A stretch of DNA of 64,000 nt from an uncultured bacterium (GCA_965369655.1 CBDUQR010000005.1:23735-87734); one strand, 5' to 3'; shown: positions 1-10,101, counted from the stretch's first letter. Notes: a model not told the origin generated them from the sequence alone. Numbers and translations are program-made.

Positions 1-1069
1 TCACCGATTCGAGAATCTTGCGGGCTTCATCTTCGTTGGTTCCCGTCAGCCTGATGACGATCGGAACCGATGGCTTCAGTCTGTTGATCGCCTCGACTAT
101 GCCCGTTGCGACATCGTCACAGCGCGTTATGCCGCCGAATATGTTGAAGAGAATAGCCTTCACGTTTTGATCGCGAAGGATTATCTGCATCGCGCTGACA
201 ACCTTTTCGGGATTCGATGATCCGCCGATGTCGAGGAAGTTGGCTGGCTGACCGCCATAGTACTTTACGAGGTCCATAGTCGCCATTGCGAGTCCCGCGC
301 CGTTGACGATACAGCCGATATTTCCGTCGAGCTTCACGAACGACAGACCGGCATCGCGGGCATCCATCTCGGACTTCTCCTCGGCGTCCATGTCGCGGAG
401 TTCCTCGATCTCCTTGTGACGATACAGTCCATTGTCATCTATATTGATCTTGGCGTCAATAGCCCAGACCTGTCCCTCAGGCGTAGTAATCAGTGGATTG
501 ATCTCTGCGAGCGAACAGTCGTTAGACATGAAAGCATCATAAAGCTGCATGATGATCTTCGCCGCCCGGTTCACCAGCTTTGGATCGTCATACAGTTTGT
601 AAGCAAGCCCGCGCGCTTCGTACATCGATATCCCGAGGAGCGGATCAATATGACGCTTGAAAATTTTCTCCGGAGTCTCGGCTGCCACCTGCTCGATGTC
701 GATACCGCCCGCGGGTGAAACCATGAGGACTGGCTTCTTGGCGGCGCGATCGATAATGATCCCGACGTACGACTCTGATGTGATATTCACAGCCTCAGTT
801 ATCAGCACCTTCCTGACCGTGAGGCCCTTGATGTCCATGCCGAGGATGCTGGCCGCATTCTGATACGCGGCATCGGCGTTCTCGGAGTACTTGATCCCTC
901 CCGCCTTTCCTCGTCCGCCGACGTGAACCTGGCATTTTACCATCACCGGCTTGCCGATCCGCTCAGCTACGGACCTCGCTGTGTCGGCATCCGTGACGAC
1001 CTCGCCGGGCGGAACCTGAATTCCATGGTGCGCAAAGATCTCTTTCGCCTGATATTCGTGGATTTTCAT
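1..1069 (-). CDS. sucC: Succinyl-CoA synthetase beta subunit (3' end runs off the window)
   Basis: Not in the ORF track. Manual translation of the minus strand from ATG at 1069 gives MKIHEYQAKEIF...QVHVGGRGKAGGIK...EINPL...DGNIGCIVNGAGLAMATMD...ANFLDIGG...NIFGGITRCD, all SucC signatures. The start overlaps the cca stop (ATGA). Confidence 0.96.
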   Translation of the reverse strand, partial: MKIHEYQAKEIFAHHGIQVPPGEVVTDADTARSVAERIGKPVMVKCQVHVGGRGKAGGIKYSENADAAYQNAASILGMDIKGLTVRKVLITEAVNITSESYVGIIIDRAAKKPVLMVSPAGGIDIEQVAAETPEKIFKRHIDPLLGISMYEARGLAYKLYDDPKLVNRAAKIIMQLYDAFMSNDCSLAEINPLITTPEGQVWAIDAKINIDDNGLYRHKEIEELRDMDAEEKSEMDARDAGLSFVKLDGNIGCIVNGAGLAMATMDLVKYYGGQPANFLDIGGSSNPEKVVSAMQIILRDQNVKAILFNIFGGITRCDDVATGIVEAINRLKPSVPIVIRLTGTNEDEARKILESV

Positions 1070-2445
1070 TGAGTCTCCTCAGATTGCAAATAGCCTTTGG
1101 CTGCCTCTATTAGAATGTCTTTCTTGTTTTTCTCCGGATCGTCCAGAACCATTTCAAGCAGGTGGTCTAGTATATCTCCGATAAGCGGAGATTGTGGAAT
1201 GTCGAATTCCTGCATGATGACCGCGCCGTCGATATCGAGATCACCAATCGAAAACGGAGGTTTCTTCTCCAGTTCTTCCCTGATGCGACTTTCCAGTTCG
1301 TCGACATCCTCGGTCGTATTTCCCATCCCCTGCCCGACAACATCGGCGCGCCTCAGATCGAGCAGGTCGAATATCAGATCGATACCTGTCTTGCGAATCA
1401 GGCGTCGCAGGCCTTTGTCGGTCAGAGGCGTCGTGAACATATGCCTTTCGACAAGCGTACCGACTTCATCGATGAAATCGTTGGAATACCTAAGCCTGCG
1501 AAGGATCTTCTTCGAGAGCCTCGCGCTGCTCGATTCATGACCATAAAACGTCGCACCGCCTTCTTCCAGTATGCGCTTCGTGGCAGGCTTCGTGATGTCG
1601 TGAAGGAGCGCAGCCCATCTGAGGCGAAGGCTCGGCGAAATGGCGTCGACCGTGCGCAGCAAATGCTCGAATACGTCATACGCATGATAGCCGCCCGGCT
1701 GATCGACCCCGACCGTATTCTCAAGCTCAGGCATTACAAACTCCAACAGACCGATTTCGCGCATCAGGCGGAAGCCTCGCGACGGTTTCGGCGCTCTTGT
1801 CAGGAGCTTGTTCAATTCCTCGTTGATGCGCTCAGCAGTCACGGTCTTAATCAAGGGGGCGGACTCTTTCATGGCGCGAAGCGTCTCCCGCTCTATCTTA
1901 AGTTCGAATCTCGCCGCGAACTGGACGCCTCGCAGCACGCGCAAAGGATCCTCCTCGAAATTCTTCGGGCTGACCATGCGAAGTTTTCTGCTCTCCACAT
2001 CCGTCCTGCCCGATAGCGGATCGACGAGCTCACCCGTCTCCAGATCACGAGCTATGGCATTCATGGTAAAATCGCGGCGTCGCAGGTCCTCTTCGACTGG
2101 CATCGAATGATCGAAGTCGACCTGAAAATCAGTATGTAACGTGCCTGTCGAGAATTCCTTGCGAGGGAGGGCGATGTCGACGGTAGCCGACGGTACGCTG
2201 CCGTTGCTGTGAACCGTGAACTTGATTACACCGAACGACCTGCCGACCAGGTCTACTCTGCCATACAGCTTCAATATCCGTATAAGCTCATCGATCGGTA
2301 TGCCCGTCACAAGATAGTCTCGATCCTTTTCCTCGACAATGCGTCCAAAGAGAGAATCGCGGACACACCCGCCGACTTCATAGAGTTTGCCGAGCGCCGT
2401 AATTCTGCCGACTATGTCGTCTTTAAGTCCCGTCATCCGAATCAT
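1066..2445 (-). CDS. cca: CCA tRNA nucleotidyltransferase with HD domain
   Basis: VGGCVRD..DRD, DLRRRDFTMNA and EDPLRVLR class II NTase motifs; H..DVFEH / LHDITK HD domain. Confidence 0.9.
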   Translation of the reverse strand: MIRMTGLKDDIVGRITALGKLYEVGGCVRDSLFGRIVEEKDRDYLVTGIPIDELIRILKLYGRVDLVGRSFGVIKFTVHSNGSVPSATVDIALPRKEFSTGTLHTDFQVDFDHSMPVEEDLRRRDFTMNAIARDLETGELVDPLSGRTDVESRKLRMVSPKNFEEDPLRVLRGVQFAARFELKIERETLRAMKESAPLIKTVTAERINEELNKLLTRAPKPSRGFRLMREIGLLEFVMPELENTVGVDQPGGYHAYDVFEHLLRTVDAISPSLRLRWAALLHDITKPATKRILEEGGATFYGHESSSARLSKKILRRLRYSNDFIDEVGTLVERHMFTTPLTDKGLRRLIRKTGIDLIFDLLDLRRADVVGQGMGNTTEDVDELESRIREELEKKPPFSIGDLDIDGAVIMQEFDIPQSPLIGDILDHLLEMVLDDPEKNKKDILIEAAKGYLQSEETQ

Positions 2446-3392
2446 CTCGTCATTCTTGTTCCAGCATCGCCAATCACAGCCTGGTGGGCTTTTTCGATTG
2501 ATGATATAATTACTTCCCTGCCACCATTCTCGATAAATGCTATTGCGGCTTCGATCTTCGGTCCCATGCTTCCGGGCGGGAAGTGTCCTTCAGCCGCGTA
2601 TGCTTTCATCTCATCGAGGGTCACGGTGTCGAGAAAGGTCTGATTCAACTCTCCGAAGTTGAGCGCAACCTTGTCGACATCTGTCAGGATCAGCAGCAGG
2701 TCCGTGCCTGTCTCGGTTGCGAGCAATGCTGAAGCACGATCTTTGTCTATGACTGCATCGACCCCCTCGTAGTCGCCGTTGTCATCGATGTAGACCGGCA
2801 CGCCGCCGCCGCCTGACGCTATCACGATCGTGCCCATGTCGACCAGCGCCTTTATCGCAGATGCGTTGATCGTCTTGAGCGGTATGGGAGACGGCACCAC
2901 ACGCCGCCAGCCGCGATCGCCGTCCTTCTTCACACTCCATCCGCGTTCCTTTGCGAACTGTTTCGTTTCTTCACGCGTGTAGAACTGCCCGATGAACTTG
3001 GTCGGGTTGGCAATCGACGGGTCATCTTTATCGACGATGACCTGACTGATGACAGTCACAACGTCCGTATCGATTTTCTCGCTGCGGAGTCTGTTCTGCA
3101 GAGATTGCTCAATCATGTATCCCATTCCGCCCTCTGTGTCGGCGACACAGATTCCGAGCGGCAGAAGCGGAGCCTTGTCTCGCGACAGCTCAATCCTGAA
3201 CAGGGCATTCCCGACCTGCGGTCCATTGCCGTGCGTTATCATCAGCCTGTAACCATCTTTGACAAGAGGCACGATACACGCCAGTGACTGGCGCGTATGT
3301 TTGAACTGGTTCGCAATAGTGTCAGGGACACCTTTCTTCGTTATCGCGTTGCCGCCGAGGGCGACAACCGCTGTCCGCGAGGAACGAGTCAT
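2442..3392 (-). CDS. arcC: Carbamate kinase
   Basis: VVALGGNA, THGNGPQVG, PTKFIG, RRVVPSP, AVIDKD and GSMGPK motifs. Confidence 0.97.
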   Translation of the reverse strand: MTRSSRTAVVALGGNAITKKGVPDTIANQFKHTRQSLACIVPLVKDGYRLMITHGNGPQVGNALFRIELSRDKAPLLPLGICVADTEGGMGYMIEQSLQNRLRSEKIDTDVVTVISQVIVDKDDPSIANPTKFIGQFYTREETKQFAKERGWSVKKDGDRGWRRVVPSPIPLKTINASAIKALVDMGTIVIASGGGGVPVYIDDNGDYEGVDAVIDKDRASALLATETGTDLLLILTDVDKVALNFGELNQTFLDTVTLDEMKAYAAEGHFPPGSMGPKIEAAIAFIENGGREVIISSIEKAHQAVIGDAGTRMTR

Positions 3393-4723
3393 TTTTTCTC
3401 GTCAATCGTCTCCACGAATGCTGCCAGGATTTCGATCAGCGTGGGCGAGCCAATCTCCTGGAGATCGTATGTAACCCGCGTTGCCGGCTTCTTGATTTTC
3501 ATCATCCTTCGCAGATCGATAGGCGTGCCGATCACGACACCATCACAATCGGTGGCGTTGATCGTCGCTTCGAGATCGCTTATCTGCTCATCGCCGTAGC
3601 CCATCGCAGGCAGGATCGCTCCGATACCCGGGTACTTTTCAAACGTGTCAACCAGGGACCCTTTCAGATATGGCCGCGGATCGACAATTTCTTCTGCGCC
3701 GAACTTCTGAGCCGCGACGACACCTGCGCCAAATTGCATCTCGCCATGAGTCAGCGTAGGACCATCCTCGACCACCAGCACGCGCTTGCCTCTGATGACT
3801 CCCGGATCCTCAACGACGATCGGAGATGCGCCGTCGACGACAATCGCTTCCGGATTGAACATCGCTATATTCTCACGCACGATGTCGACATCCTCCGGAT
3901 CAGCCGTGTCGATCTTGTTTATGACCAGCACATCGGCGGTGACGAAGTTCGTCTGTCCCGGATAGTAGGACATCTCGTGACCCGCGCGGTGCGGATCGAC
4001 GACTGTGATCTGCATATCGGGTACATAGAAACTCGTGTCATTGTTGCCGCCATCCCAGATAATGACGTCGGCTTCTTTCTCAGCCTCTTTCAGGATCATC
4101 TCGTAGTCGACACCCGCATAGACAATTGTGCCGCGATCAATGTGCGGCTCGTACTCTTCGCGTTCCTCGATTGTGCATTCATGCTTGTCGAGATCGGCCA
4201 GGCTGGCGAATCGCTGACACGCCTGCTTGGCGAGGTTGCCGTAGGGCATCGGATGACGAATCGCCACGACCTGCATGCCGAACTCTTTGAGTATCTCGCA
4301 TACGCGACGCGTCGTCTGTGATTTACCGCAGCCGGTTCTGACTGCAGTCACCGCGATCAGAGGCTTCTTTGACCGAATCATTGTCTGCTCGGCGCCGAGC
4401 ATAACGAAATTCGCACCGGCGGCATTGACCCAGGCCGCCTTGTCCATTACATAAGCGAACGGGATATCTGAGTACGAGAATATGACATCCTGGATTTCAT
4501 GCTTGTATATCAATTTGATGAGATCACTTTCCGCTTTGATCGGAATGCCCTTCGGATAGTGCTTGCCCGCCAGTTTCGCGGGGTATTTCCTTCCATCGAT
4601 ATCCGGAATCTGAGTCGCAGTGAATGCGACAACTTCGTATGACTTCTTGTCGCGATAGCAGACGTTGAAGTTGTGAAAGTCTCGCCCTGCCGCACCCATT
4701 ATTAAGATTCTGCGTCTTGCCAT
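3389..4723 (-). CDS. COG2403 P-loop protein (cyclic 2,3-diphosphoglycerate synthetase-like); probable arginine synthetase ArcE
   Basis: N-terminal GAAGRDFHNFN, P-loop AVRTGCGKSQT, IRHPMPYG, TIEEREEYEPH, WDGGNND and VEDGPTLTHG; overlaps the arcC start (ATGA). Confidence 0.8.
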   Translation of the reverse strand: MARRRILIMGAAGRDFHNFNVCYRDKKSYEVVAFTATQIPDIDGRKYPAKLAGKHYPKGIPIKAESDLIKLIYKHEIQDVIFSYSDIPFAYVMDKAAWVNAAGANFVMLGAEQTMIRSKKPLIAVTAVRTGCGKSQTTRRVCEILKEFGMQVVAIRHPMPYGNLAKQACQRFASLADLDKHECTIEEREEYEPHIDRGTIVYAGVDYEMILKEAEKEADVIIWDGGNNDTSFYVPDMQITVVDPHRAGHEMSYYPGQTNFVTADVLVINKIDTADPEDVDIVRENIAMFNPEAIVVDGASPIVVEDPGVIRGKRVLVVEDGPTLTHGEMQFGAGVVAAQKFGAEEIVDPRPYLKGSLVDTFEKYPGIGAILPAMGYGDEQISDLEATINATDCDGVVIGTPIDLRRMMKIKKPATRVTYDLQEIGSPTLIEILAAFVETIDEKK

Positions 4724-4927
4724 GTCGTCTCCTTATCTACAATTACACATTTCTAATCATACGCCTGAGCACTGTCACCGATTAGACCGATGACATCAAC
4801 CAGATGTGCTCAATCAGGTAGTAATCAGAATTAATGACTTCGCTCTTTCTCATAACACGATAGTGGAAAACTTTGATCGCTGACTTGAGCCTGCGATTGA
4901 ATCAACATACAATTCGTCCCAACCCAA

Positions 4928-4945
4928 TTGTGAATAATTTCACAC
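4928..4945. promoter_or_regulatory. Rex-type (TTGTGAA-N4-TTCACAA) or CRP/ArcR-type (TGTGA-N6-TCACA) operator
   Basis: TTGTGAATAATTTCACAC, just downstream of the predicted minus-strand promoter. Confidence 0.7.
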
Positions 4946-4967
4946 GCTGAGATTGGTCATAAGTTGT

Positions 4968-4998
4968 CAAATATATGTGTAAGGAATCCGCCTGTCAA
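4968..4998 (-). promoter_or_regulatory. Sigma70 promoter for the arcE-like/arcC/cca/sucC operon
   Basis: Minus strand reads TTGACA-N17-TATATT(TG). Confidence 0.7.
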
Positions 4999-5080
4999 CT
5001 GGTTTAACCAGCATATTTGCCTCAATCGGATGTTCGGTGTAAGGCGTACGCATCTGTCGCAGGGCGGTACGAAGTCAGGA

Positions 5081-5110
5081 AGAAAAAGAGCCCGCATGAT
5101 TCATGCGGGC
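5081..5110 (-). terminator. Rho-independent terminator after mscS
   Basis: GCCCGCATG-AAT-CATGCGGGC stem followed by TCTTTTTCT on the minus strand. Confidence 0.75.
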
Positions 5111-5140
5111 ATGATGTCGATGTACTACTGATGAAAGATA

Positions 5141-5962
5141 CTACGCGGCGTTTTCTTTGTACAGATGTACATCTTGCTGCGGGTATGGGATCGATATTCC
5201 TTTTTCGTCGAATGTGAGCTTGACCTTCTCGGTAGTGTCGAAAAAGACTCCCCAGTAGTCGTCTCTCTTGACCCACGGCCGCACGATGAAATTGACGGAA
5301 CTGTCGGCAAGCTCGGAAAGCGCGATTGTCGGCACAGGGTCTTTGAGGACGCGATCATCATCAGCGAGAATTTGCTCGAAAATCTCTTTCGCCTTCCTGA
5401 TGTCGTCATCATAACCGATTCCGAAGACCATGTCGACCCGTCGCGTGTCTTTGGCCGAGGAATTGACGATCGTGTCTCCGGTGATCTTGCTGTTTGGGAT
5501 GATGACTTCCTTGTTGTCCCATGTTCTAATGATTGTATTGAAGATGCGAATCTCTTCGACCGCGCCGGCCGATCCGCCCGCCTCGACGGAATCACCGACC
5601 TTGAACGGTCGGAAGATAATCAGCATCACGCCTGCGGCGAAATTCGACAGCGATCCCTGAAGAGCAAAACCGATAGCCAGACCGGCAGCACCGATTATCG
5701 CTACGAAAGCTGTCGTCTGTACGCCGAGAGTGCCAAGCGCGGCGATGATGACGAACACCAGAAGGGTAATTCGAACAAGGCTGCCGACAAACTTAGTCAG
5801 GGTCTCGTCGGTATTGCCCTTCCGCATCAGGCGCATGACCATCTTCGAGAGCATGCCCGCGACAATGCGACCGATGATGATTATGGCGAGTGCGCCGACG
5901 ATCTTGACAGCGTAAAGCGCGGCCCAGTCGCCGAGAATACTCAGGATTTTTTCCATTTCCAT
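5141..5962 (-). CDS. mscS: Small-conductance mechanosensitive channel
   Basis: Three TM helices, GAAGLAIGFALQGSLSNFAAGV, FRPFKVGD, IPNSKI, ISIPYPQQDVH. Confidence 0.95.
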   Translation of the reverse strand: MEMEKILSILGDWAALYAVKIVGALAIIIIGRIVAGMLSKMVMRLMRKGNTDETLTKFVGSLVRITLLVFVIIAALGTLGVQTTAFVAIIGAAGLAIGFALQGSLSNFAAGVMLIIFRPFKVGDSVEAGGSAGAVEEIRIFNTIIRTWDNKEVIIPNSKITGDTIVNSSAKDTRRVDMVFGIGYDDDIRKAKEIFEQILADDDRVLKDPVPTIALSELADSSVNFIVRPWVKRDDYWGVFFDTTEKVKLTFDEKGISIPYPQQDVHLYKENAA

Positions 5963-6240
5963 CTGTCAACTCCTCCTCATGTATCCGTATGGTCTTAGCT
6001 TCAAAGTTCTCAGTATTGATTCACAGATTCAATTAACAGAGTCATATCCAAAAGGCAGTGATTGAATTCATATCCTAAGCAATCAGTTCAGGGTACGCAA
6101 ACAGTTTCTCTCCGAGTTCCCCGAAGATGGAATGATTGTTGACATAGTGACCGGCCAAGTATAATTGCATATAATAGTAGTGCTCTCTTTGCGAATGGAG
6201 GAGGCATATCACTGAGAAAACAGCAAGAAACATGGAGGTC

Positions 6241-6909
6241 ATGATGAGAAAGGCTGCAATAGTCCTGACAATTCTCTTCCTGATGTTCGCTTCGCTCGAA
6301 TGTTCATCGATGAAGAAAAGCCACAAGGGTGCGCTGATCGGCGCAACAGCCGGAGCTGTCATCGGTGGTGTGATCGGTAAGCAGGCAGGTGATACCGCTG
6401 CTGGTGCGATAATCGGCGCAGCAATCGGTGGCGCGGCGGGAGCTTATATTGGTCACTACATGGATAAACAGGCCGAGGAGATGCAGCGCGATCTCGAGGG
6501 CGCAAAGATCGAACGAGTCGGTGAAGGAATCAAGATTACTTTTGGATCGGGGATACTGTTCGATGTCAACAAGTCGGACTTGAAAGGCGTAGCGCAGACT
6601 AATCTTCGCAAGCTCGCGACTATTCTCAACAAGTATGAGGACACGAAGATTCTCGTTGAGGGTCATACCGATGCTACCGGTCCCGATGATTACAATCTGG
6701 ACCTTTCGATCCGGCGTGCAGAGTCGGTCGCGAATTTTCTGCACAGCTATGACGTCATGGCTGAGCGATTCGATGTTGTCGGCTATGGCGAGAAGAATCC
6801 TGTCGTTTCCAATGACACGGATGATGGCCGAACACTCAATCGCCGTGTCGAGATCGCAATCTTCGCCAACGACAAGCTGAAGAAAGCCGCAGAGCAGCAG
6901 ACAGGATAA
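6241..6909 (+). CDS. OmpA-family protein with glycine zipper (YiaD-like, probably a lipoprotein)
   Basis: GALIGATAGAVIGG glycine zipper; EGHTD..G..YN..LS.RRA and NRRVEI OmpA_C motifs. Start placed after the GGAGG RBS. Confidence 0.9.
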   Translation: MMRKAAIVLTILFLMFASLECSSMKKSHKGALIGATAGAVIGGVIGKQAGDTAAGAIIGAAIGGAAGAYIGHYMDKQAEEMQRDLEGAKIERVGEGIKITFGSGILFDVNKSDLKGVAQTNLRKLATILNKYEDTKILVEGHTDATGPDDYNLDLSIRRAESVANFLHSYDVMAERFDVVGYGEKNPVVSNDTDDGRTLNRRVEIAIFANDKLKKAAEQQTG

Positions 6910-6930
6910 TGGAAACAGGTCAATAGGCAG

Positions 6931-7043
6931 CAGGCTCGCCAACTTGCTCAGTCCTGAATCTGACGAGGGGGGGGGCGTGACGAATGGAGCGTCAGGCTCC
7001 CCTTCGCAGATACTCAGGACAAAGCAAGTGAGCCTGACCTGCG
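6931..7043. repeat. REPIN-like inverted repeat with internal CCTTCG...CTCAGGAC units
   Basis: CAGGCTCGCCAACTTGCTCAGTCCTGAATCTGACGAGGGG pairs imperfectly with CCCCTTCGCAGATACTCAGGACAAAGCAAGTGAGCCTG. Confidence 0.55.
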
Positions 7044-7120
7044 GGAGTTGTTTCCGGCTGCGAGCAGCGACAAACCCCTTGTCTACCTCGCAATGAATTC
7101 TTAACTTCGCCCATCGAAAG

Positions 7121-8269
7121 ATGAGTATATCTGAAGCAATAACATTCGAGGTTCATCGGGCGGATTCATCGACTCGTGCCCGTAACGGTCGAGTACAGGC
7201 TGGTCACGGCTTTTTCCGCACGCCTGCGTTTATGCCGGTTGGCACTGCCGGTTCAGTGAAGGCTGTTTCGGCGGACGATCTCGAACGAATGGGTTTCGAG
7301 ATCATTCTCGGGAATACATATCATCTTTATCTGCGGCCGGGGACCGAAGTCATTGAGGATGCCGGTGGACTCCACCGGTTCAACGCGTGGAGTGGTCCTG
7401 TCCTGACAGATTCGGGTGGTTACCAGGTGTTCAGCCTCGGCGAATTGAAGAAGATCAAAGACGACGGCGTAATTTTCAAATCGCATCTCGATGGCTCATC
7501 GCATGAGTTCACACCTGAAAAAGTAATCGAGATCGAGCGTATCCTCGGATCGGATATCATCATGCCACTCGATTATTGCGTCGAATATCCGACGGATCGC
7601 AGCGAGGCATCGCGAGCGGTCAATCTGACTTACGAGTGGTTGAAGCGATCTGTAGATGTATGGACACCGCTTTCGAATAGGCAGGCTCTGTTTGGCATTG
7701 TCCAGGGATCGACATACAAAGACTTGAGAACTGAGTCTGCCGAGAAGACTCTTGAATTCGATCTGCCCGGCTATGCGGTCGGTGGGTTGTCTGTCGGTGA
7801 GCCGCTCGATTCGATGCTCGAAATCGCTGAGCACACGATTCAGTATCTGCCTGACGACAAGCCCCGGTATTTCATGGGACTCGGTTCGCCGATCGAGCTT
7901 CTTGAAGCGATTGCTCTTGGATATGACATGTTCGATTGTGTCCTGCCGACTCGGAATGCCCGCAACGCGACGTTGTTCACGCAGTATGGTCGGATGATAA
8001 TCAAGGCTGCCCGCTACAAACGCGATTTCCGCCCAATCGACGAGGAATGCGGCTGCCTGACGTGTCAGCGTTACCATCGAGCGTATCTGCGGCATTTGTT
8101 CAATATCGGCGAACCATCGGCGCTGCGCCTCGCGACTATCCACAACCTTCACTTCCTGTCCGATCTGATGCAGAAATCGCGAGCAGCTATCGAGGCGGGT
8201 ACATACGGGGAGTTCGTGGAACAATTCAGGAGTCGGTTCGTTTCTCACGAAGGGCAAGAAATCGCTTGA
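7121..8269 (+). CDS. tgt: tRNA-guanine transglycosylase
   Basis: TPAFMPVGT, NTYHLYLRPG, TDSGGYQVFS, GIVQG, GGLSVGE, DMFDCVLPTRNARN; Zn site CGCLTC...H. Confidence 0.98.
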   Translation: MSISEAITFEVHRADSSTRARNGRVQAGHGFFRTPAFMPVGTAGSVKAVSADDLERMGFEIILGNTYHLYLRPGTEVIEDAGGLHRFNAWSGPVLTDSGGYQVFSLGELKKIKDDGVIFKSHLDGSSHEFTPEKVIEIERILGSDIIMPLDYCVEYPTDRSEASRAVNLTYEWLKRSVDVWTPLSNRQALFGIVQGSTYKDLRTESAEKTLEFDLPGYAVGGLSVGEPLDSMLEIAEHTIQYLPDDKPRYFMGLGSPIELLEAIALGYDMFDCVLPTRNARNATLFTQYGRMIIKAARYKRDFRPIDEECGCLTCQRYHRAYLRHLFNIGEPSALRLATIHNLHFLSDLMQKSRAAIEAGTYGEFVEQFRSRFVSHEGQEIA

Positions 8270-8338
8270 CTTCGGGTGGTTCAAGACGGCTTAATAGACC
8301 CAAATGGGAGAGTATCATTCAACTATGGGAGGTTGTTA

Positions 8339-8659
8339 GTGATTGAGTTCTTGACAGGTTTTGCCGCCAACCCGGAAGGGCAGGGCGGAAACCCGCTCAC
8401 GCAGATGTTGATCTTCTTCGTGCCGATCATCCTGATAATGTATTTCTTCATGATTCGTCCGCAGAAGAAGAAACAGAGAGATCATCAGTTGATGATGGCA
8501 TCTCTGAAGAACGGAGACAAAGTCGTCACTAATAGCGGCATTATGGGCACAATCGTCGGAATTCATGACGATCAGAATAAGGTCGTGCTCAAAGTGGCCG
8601 ATCAAGTAAAGATGGAGTTCGTAAAGAGTTCAATAGCCGGACTCATGGAAAAACAGTAG
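8339..8659 (+). CDS. yajC: Preprotein translocase subunit YajC
   Basis: YFFMIRPQKKKQ, L.NGDKVVT..GI.GTI; GTG start after GGGAGG; follows tgt. Confidence 0.93.
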   Translation: MIEFLTGFAANPEGQGGNPLTQMLIFFVPIILIMYFFMIRPQKKKQRDHQLMMASLKNGDKVVTNSGIMGTIVGIHDDQNKVVLKVADQVKMEFVKSSIAGLMEKQ

Positions 8660-8666
8660 AGTCAGT

Positions 8667-9170
8667 ATGGCTGACAATCATGTTCGGAAATATGGCGACC
8701 CGGTCCTGCGGGAGAAGTGCAGGCCGGTAACCATGTTCGATGAAGAGTTGAAAAAGTTTGCGGAGAAAATGTTCTCCATAATGCGGCCTGCCAATGGCAT
8801 CGGGTTGGCGGCGCCGCAGGTGGGTGAGACCCGCCGCATGTTTATTGTCGATCTGTCGAAGCAGGACTTCGACATGGAACCGATAGTGTTTGTTAACCCC
8901 GAAATAGAGAGTACCGAGGGAAAAGCTGTTTTTGAGGAAGGATGTCTGTCATTCCCCGGACTCTACCTCGAGATAGAACGCCCGGCCAAAGTTGTCGTCA
9001 ACTTCCAGGACCTTGACGGCAACCATCAAAGCGTAGAGGCGACCGGGCTTGCTGCTCGTGCGATACTGCATGAGTATGATCATCTCGATGGGGTGCTTTT
9101 CATCGATCATATTCCAGCCATTGACCGAGAGATGTTAGCCGGCAGACTCAAAAAAATCAAAGTCGGCTGA
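8667..9170 (+). CDS. def: Peptide deformylase
   Basis: GIGLAAPQVG, EGCLS and HEYDH motifs. Confidence 0.97.
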   Translation: MADNHVRKYGDPVLREKCRPVTMFDEELKKFAEKMFSIMRPANGIGLAAPQVGETRRMFIVDLSKQDFDMEPIVFVNPEIESTEGKAVFEEGCLSFPGLYLEIERPAKVVVNFQDLDGNHQSVEATGLAARAILHEYDHLDGVLFIDHIPAIDREMLAGRLKKIKVG

Positions 9171-9171
9171 G

Positions 9172-10101
9172 ATGCGTCTGATTTTTTTCGGTAACCCAAA
9201 ATTTGCAGTCCCCAGCCTGGAGCGACTCGCGTCGTCCCATGATGTGGCGTGCGTTGTGACCTCGCCGGATAAACCGGCAGGACGCGGAAGGAAATTGCGT
9301 GTTCCGGATGTCAAGTTAGTGGCCGAGCGGCTTGGGCTGCCTGTTTTGCAGGCAGGAGATTTGAAGGATTCGTCCTTTCTTGCAGAAATCGCCCGGTATG
9401 CAGCGCTGCTCTTTGTTGTGGTCGCTTTCAGGATTCTTCCTCCGGAACTGTTCTCTATCCCGCAGTTGGGCGCAATAAACTTGCATGCGTCACTCCTGCC
9501 GAGATACCGCGGTGCCGCACCCATCAATCGAGCGATAATGGCTGGTGAGACTGAGACAGGCGTCACGACCTTTCTGATTAGAAAGAAGGTCGACACGGGA
9601 GGAATCCTGCTTCAACGCAGTGAGAAGATTCTCCCGAATGACACGTTTGGCAGCCTGCATGACAGGCTGAGCGCCATCGGCGCGGATGTTCTTGTCGAAA
9701 CGGTGAACGGTCTCGAATCCGGTACTCTCAAGCCTGTACCACAGGATTCGATAAACGCGACCAAAGCTCCAAAACTCAAGCCGGAAGACGGTCGGATCGA
9801 TTGGTCTCGATCAGCAGAGGAGATAAGGAATCAGGTCAGAAGCCTCTGTCCGATTCCGAGCGCTCATACCGATCGTAACGGTGAGAAGTTGAAGATCTTC
9901 AGCAGCGAAATCGTCAGATCAGCGCTGCGAGATCACAACCCCGGGGAGATCATACGGAATAACGGTATCTCCGGGCTTGTTGTGGCGTGTGGAAAAGGCC
10001 TCCTCCGTATTCTGGAGCTTCAGCCCGCAGGCAGGAAACGAATGAACGCCGAGGACTACCTCAGAGGTTACCCAATCGAGCCGGGTGAGAAGCTTGGCTG
10101 A
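9172..10101 (+). CDS. fmt: Methionyl-tRNA formyltransferase
   Basis: FFGNPKFAVPSL, INLHASLLPRYRGAAPI; adjacent to def. Confidence 0.97.
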   Translation: MRLIFFGNPKFAVPSLERLASSHDVACVVTSPDKPAGRGRKLRVPDVKLVAERLGLPVLQAGDLKDSSFLAEIARYAALLFVVVAFRILPPELFSIPQLGAINLHASLLPRYRGAAPINRAIMAGETETGVTTFLIRKKVDTGGILLQRSEKILPNDTFGSLHDRLSAIGADVLVETVNGLESGTLKPVPQDSINATKAPKLKPEDGRIDWSRSAEEIRNQVRSLCPIPSAHTDRNGEKLKIFSSEIVRSALRDHNPGEIIRNNGISGLVVACGKGLLRILELQPAGRKRMNAEDYLRGYPIEPGEKLG

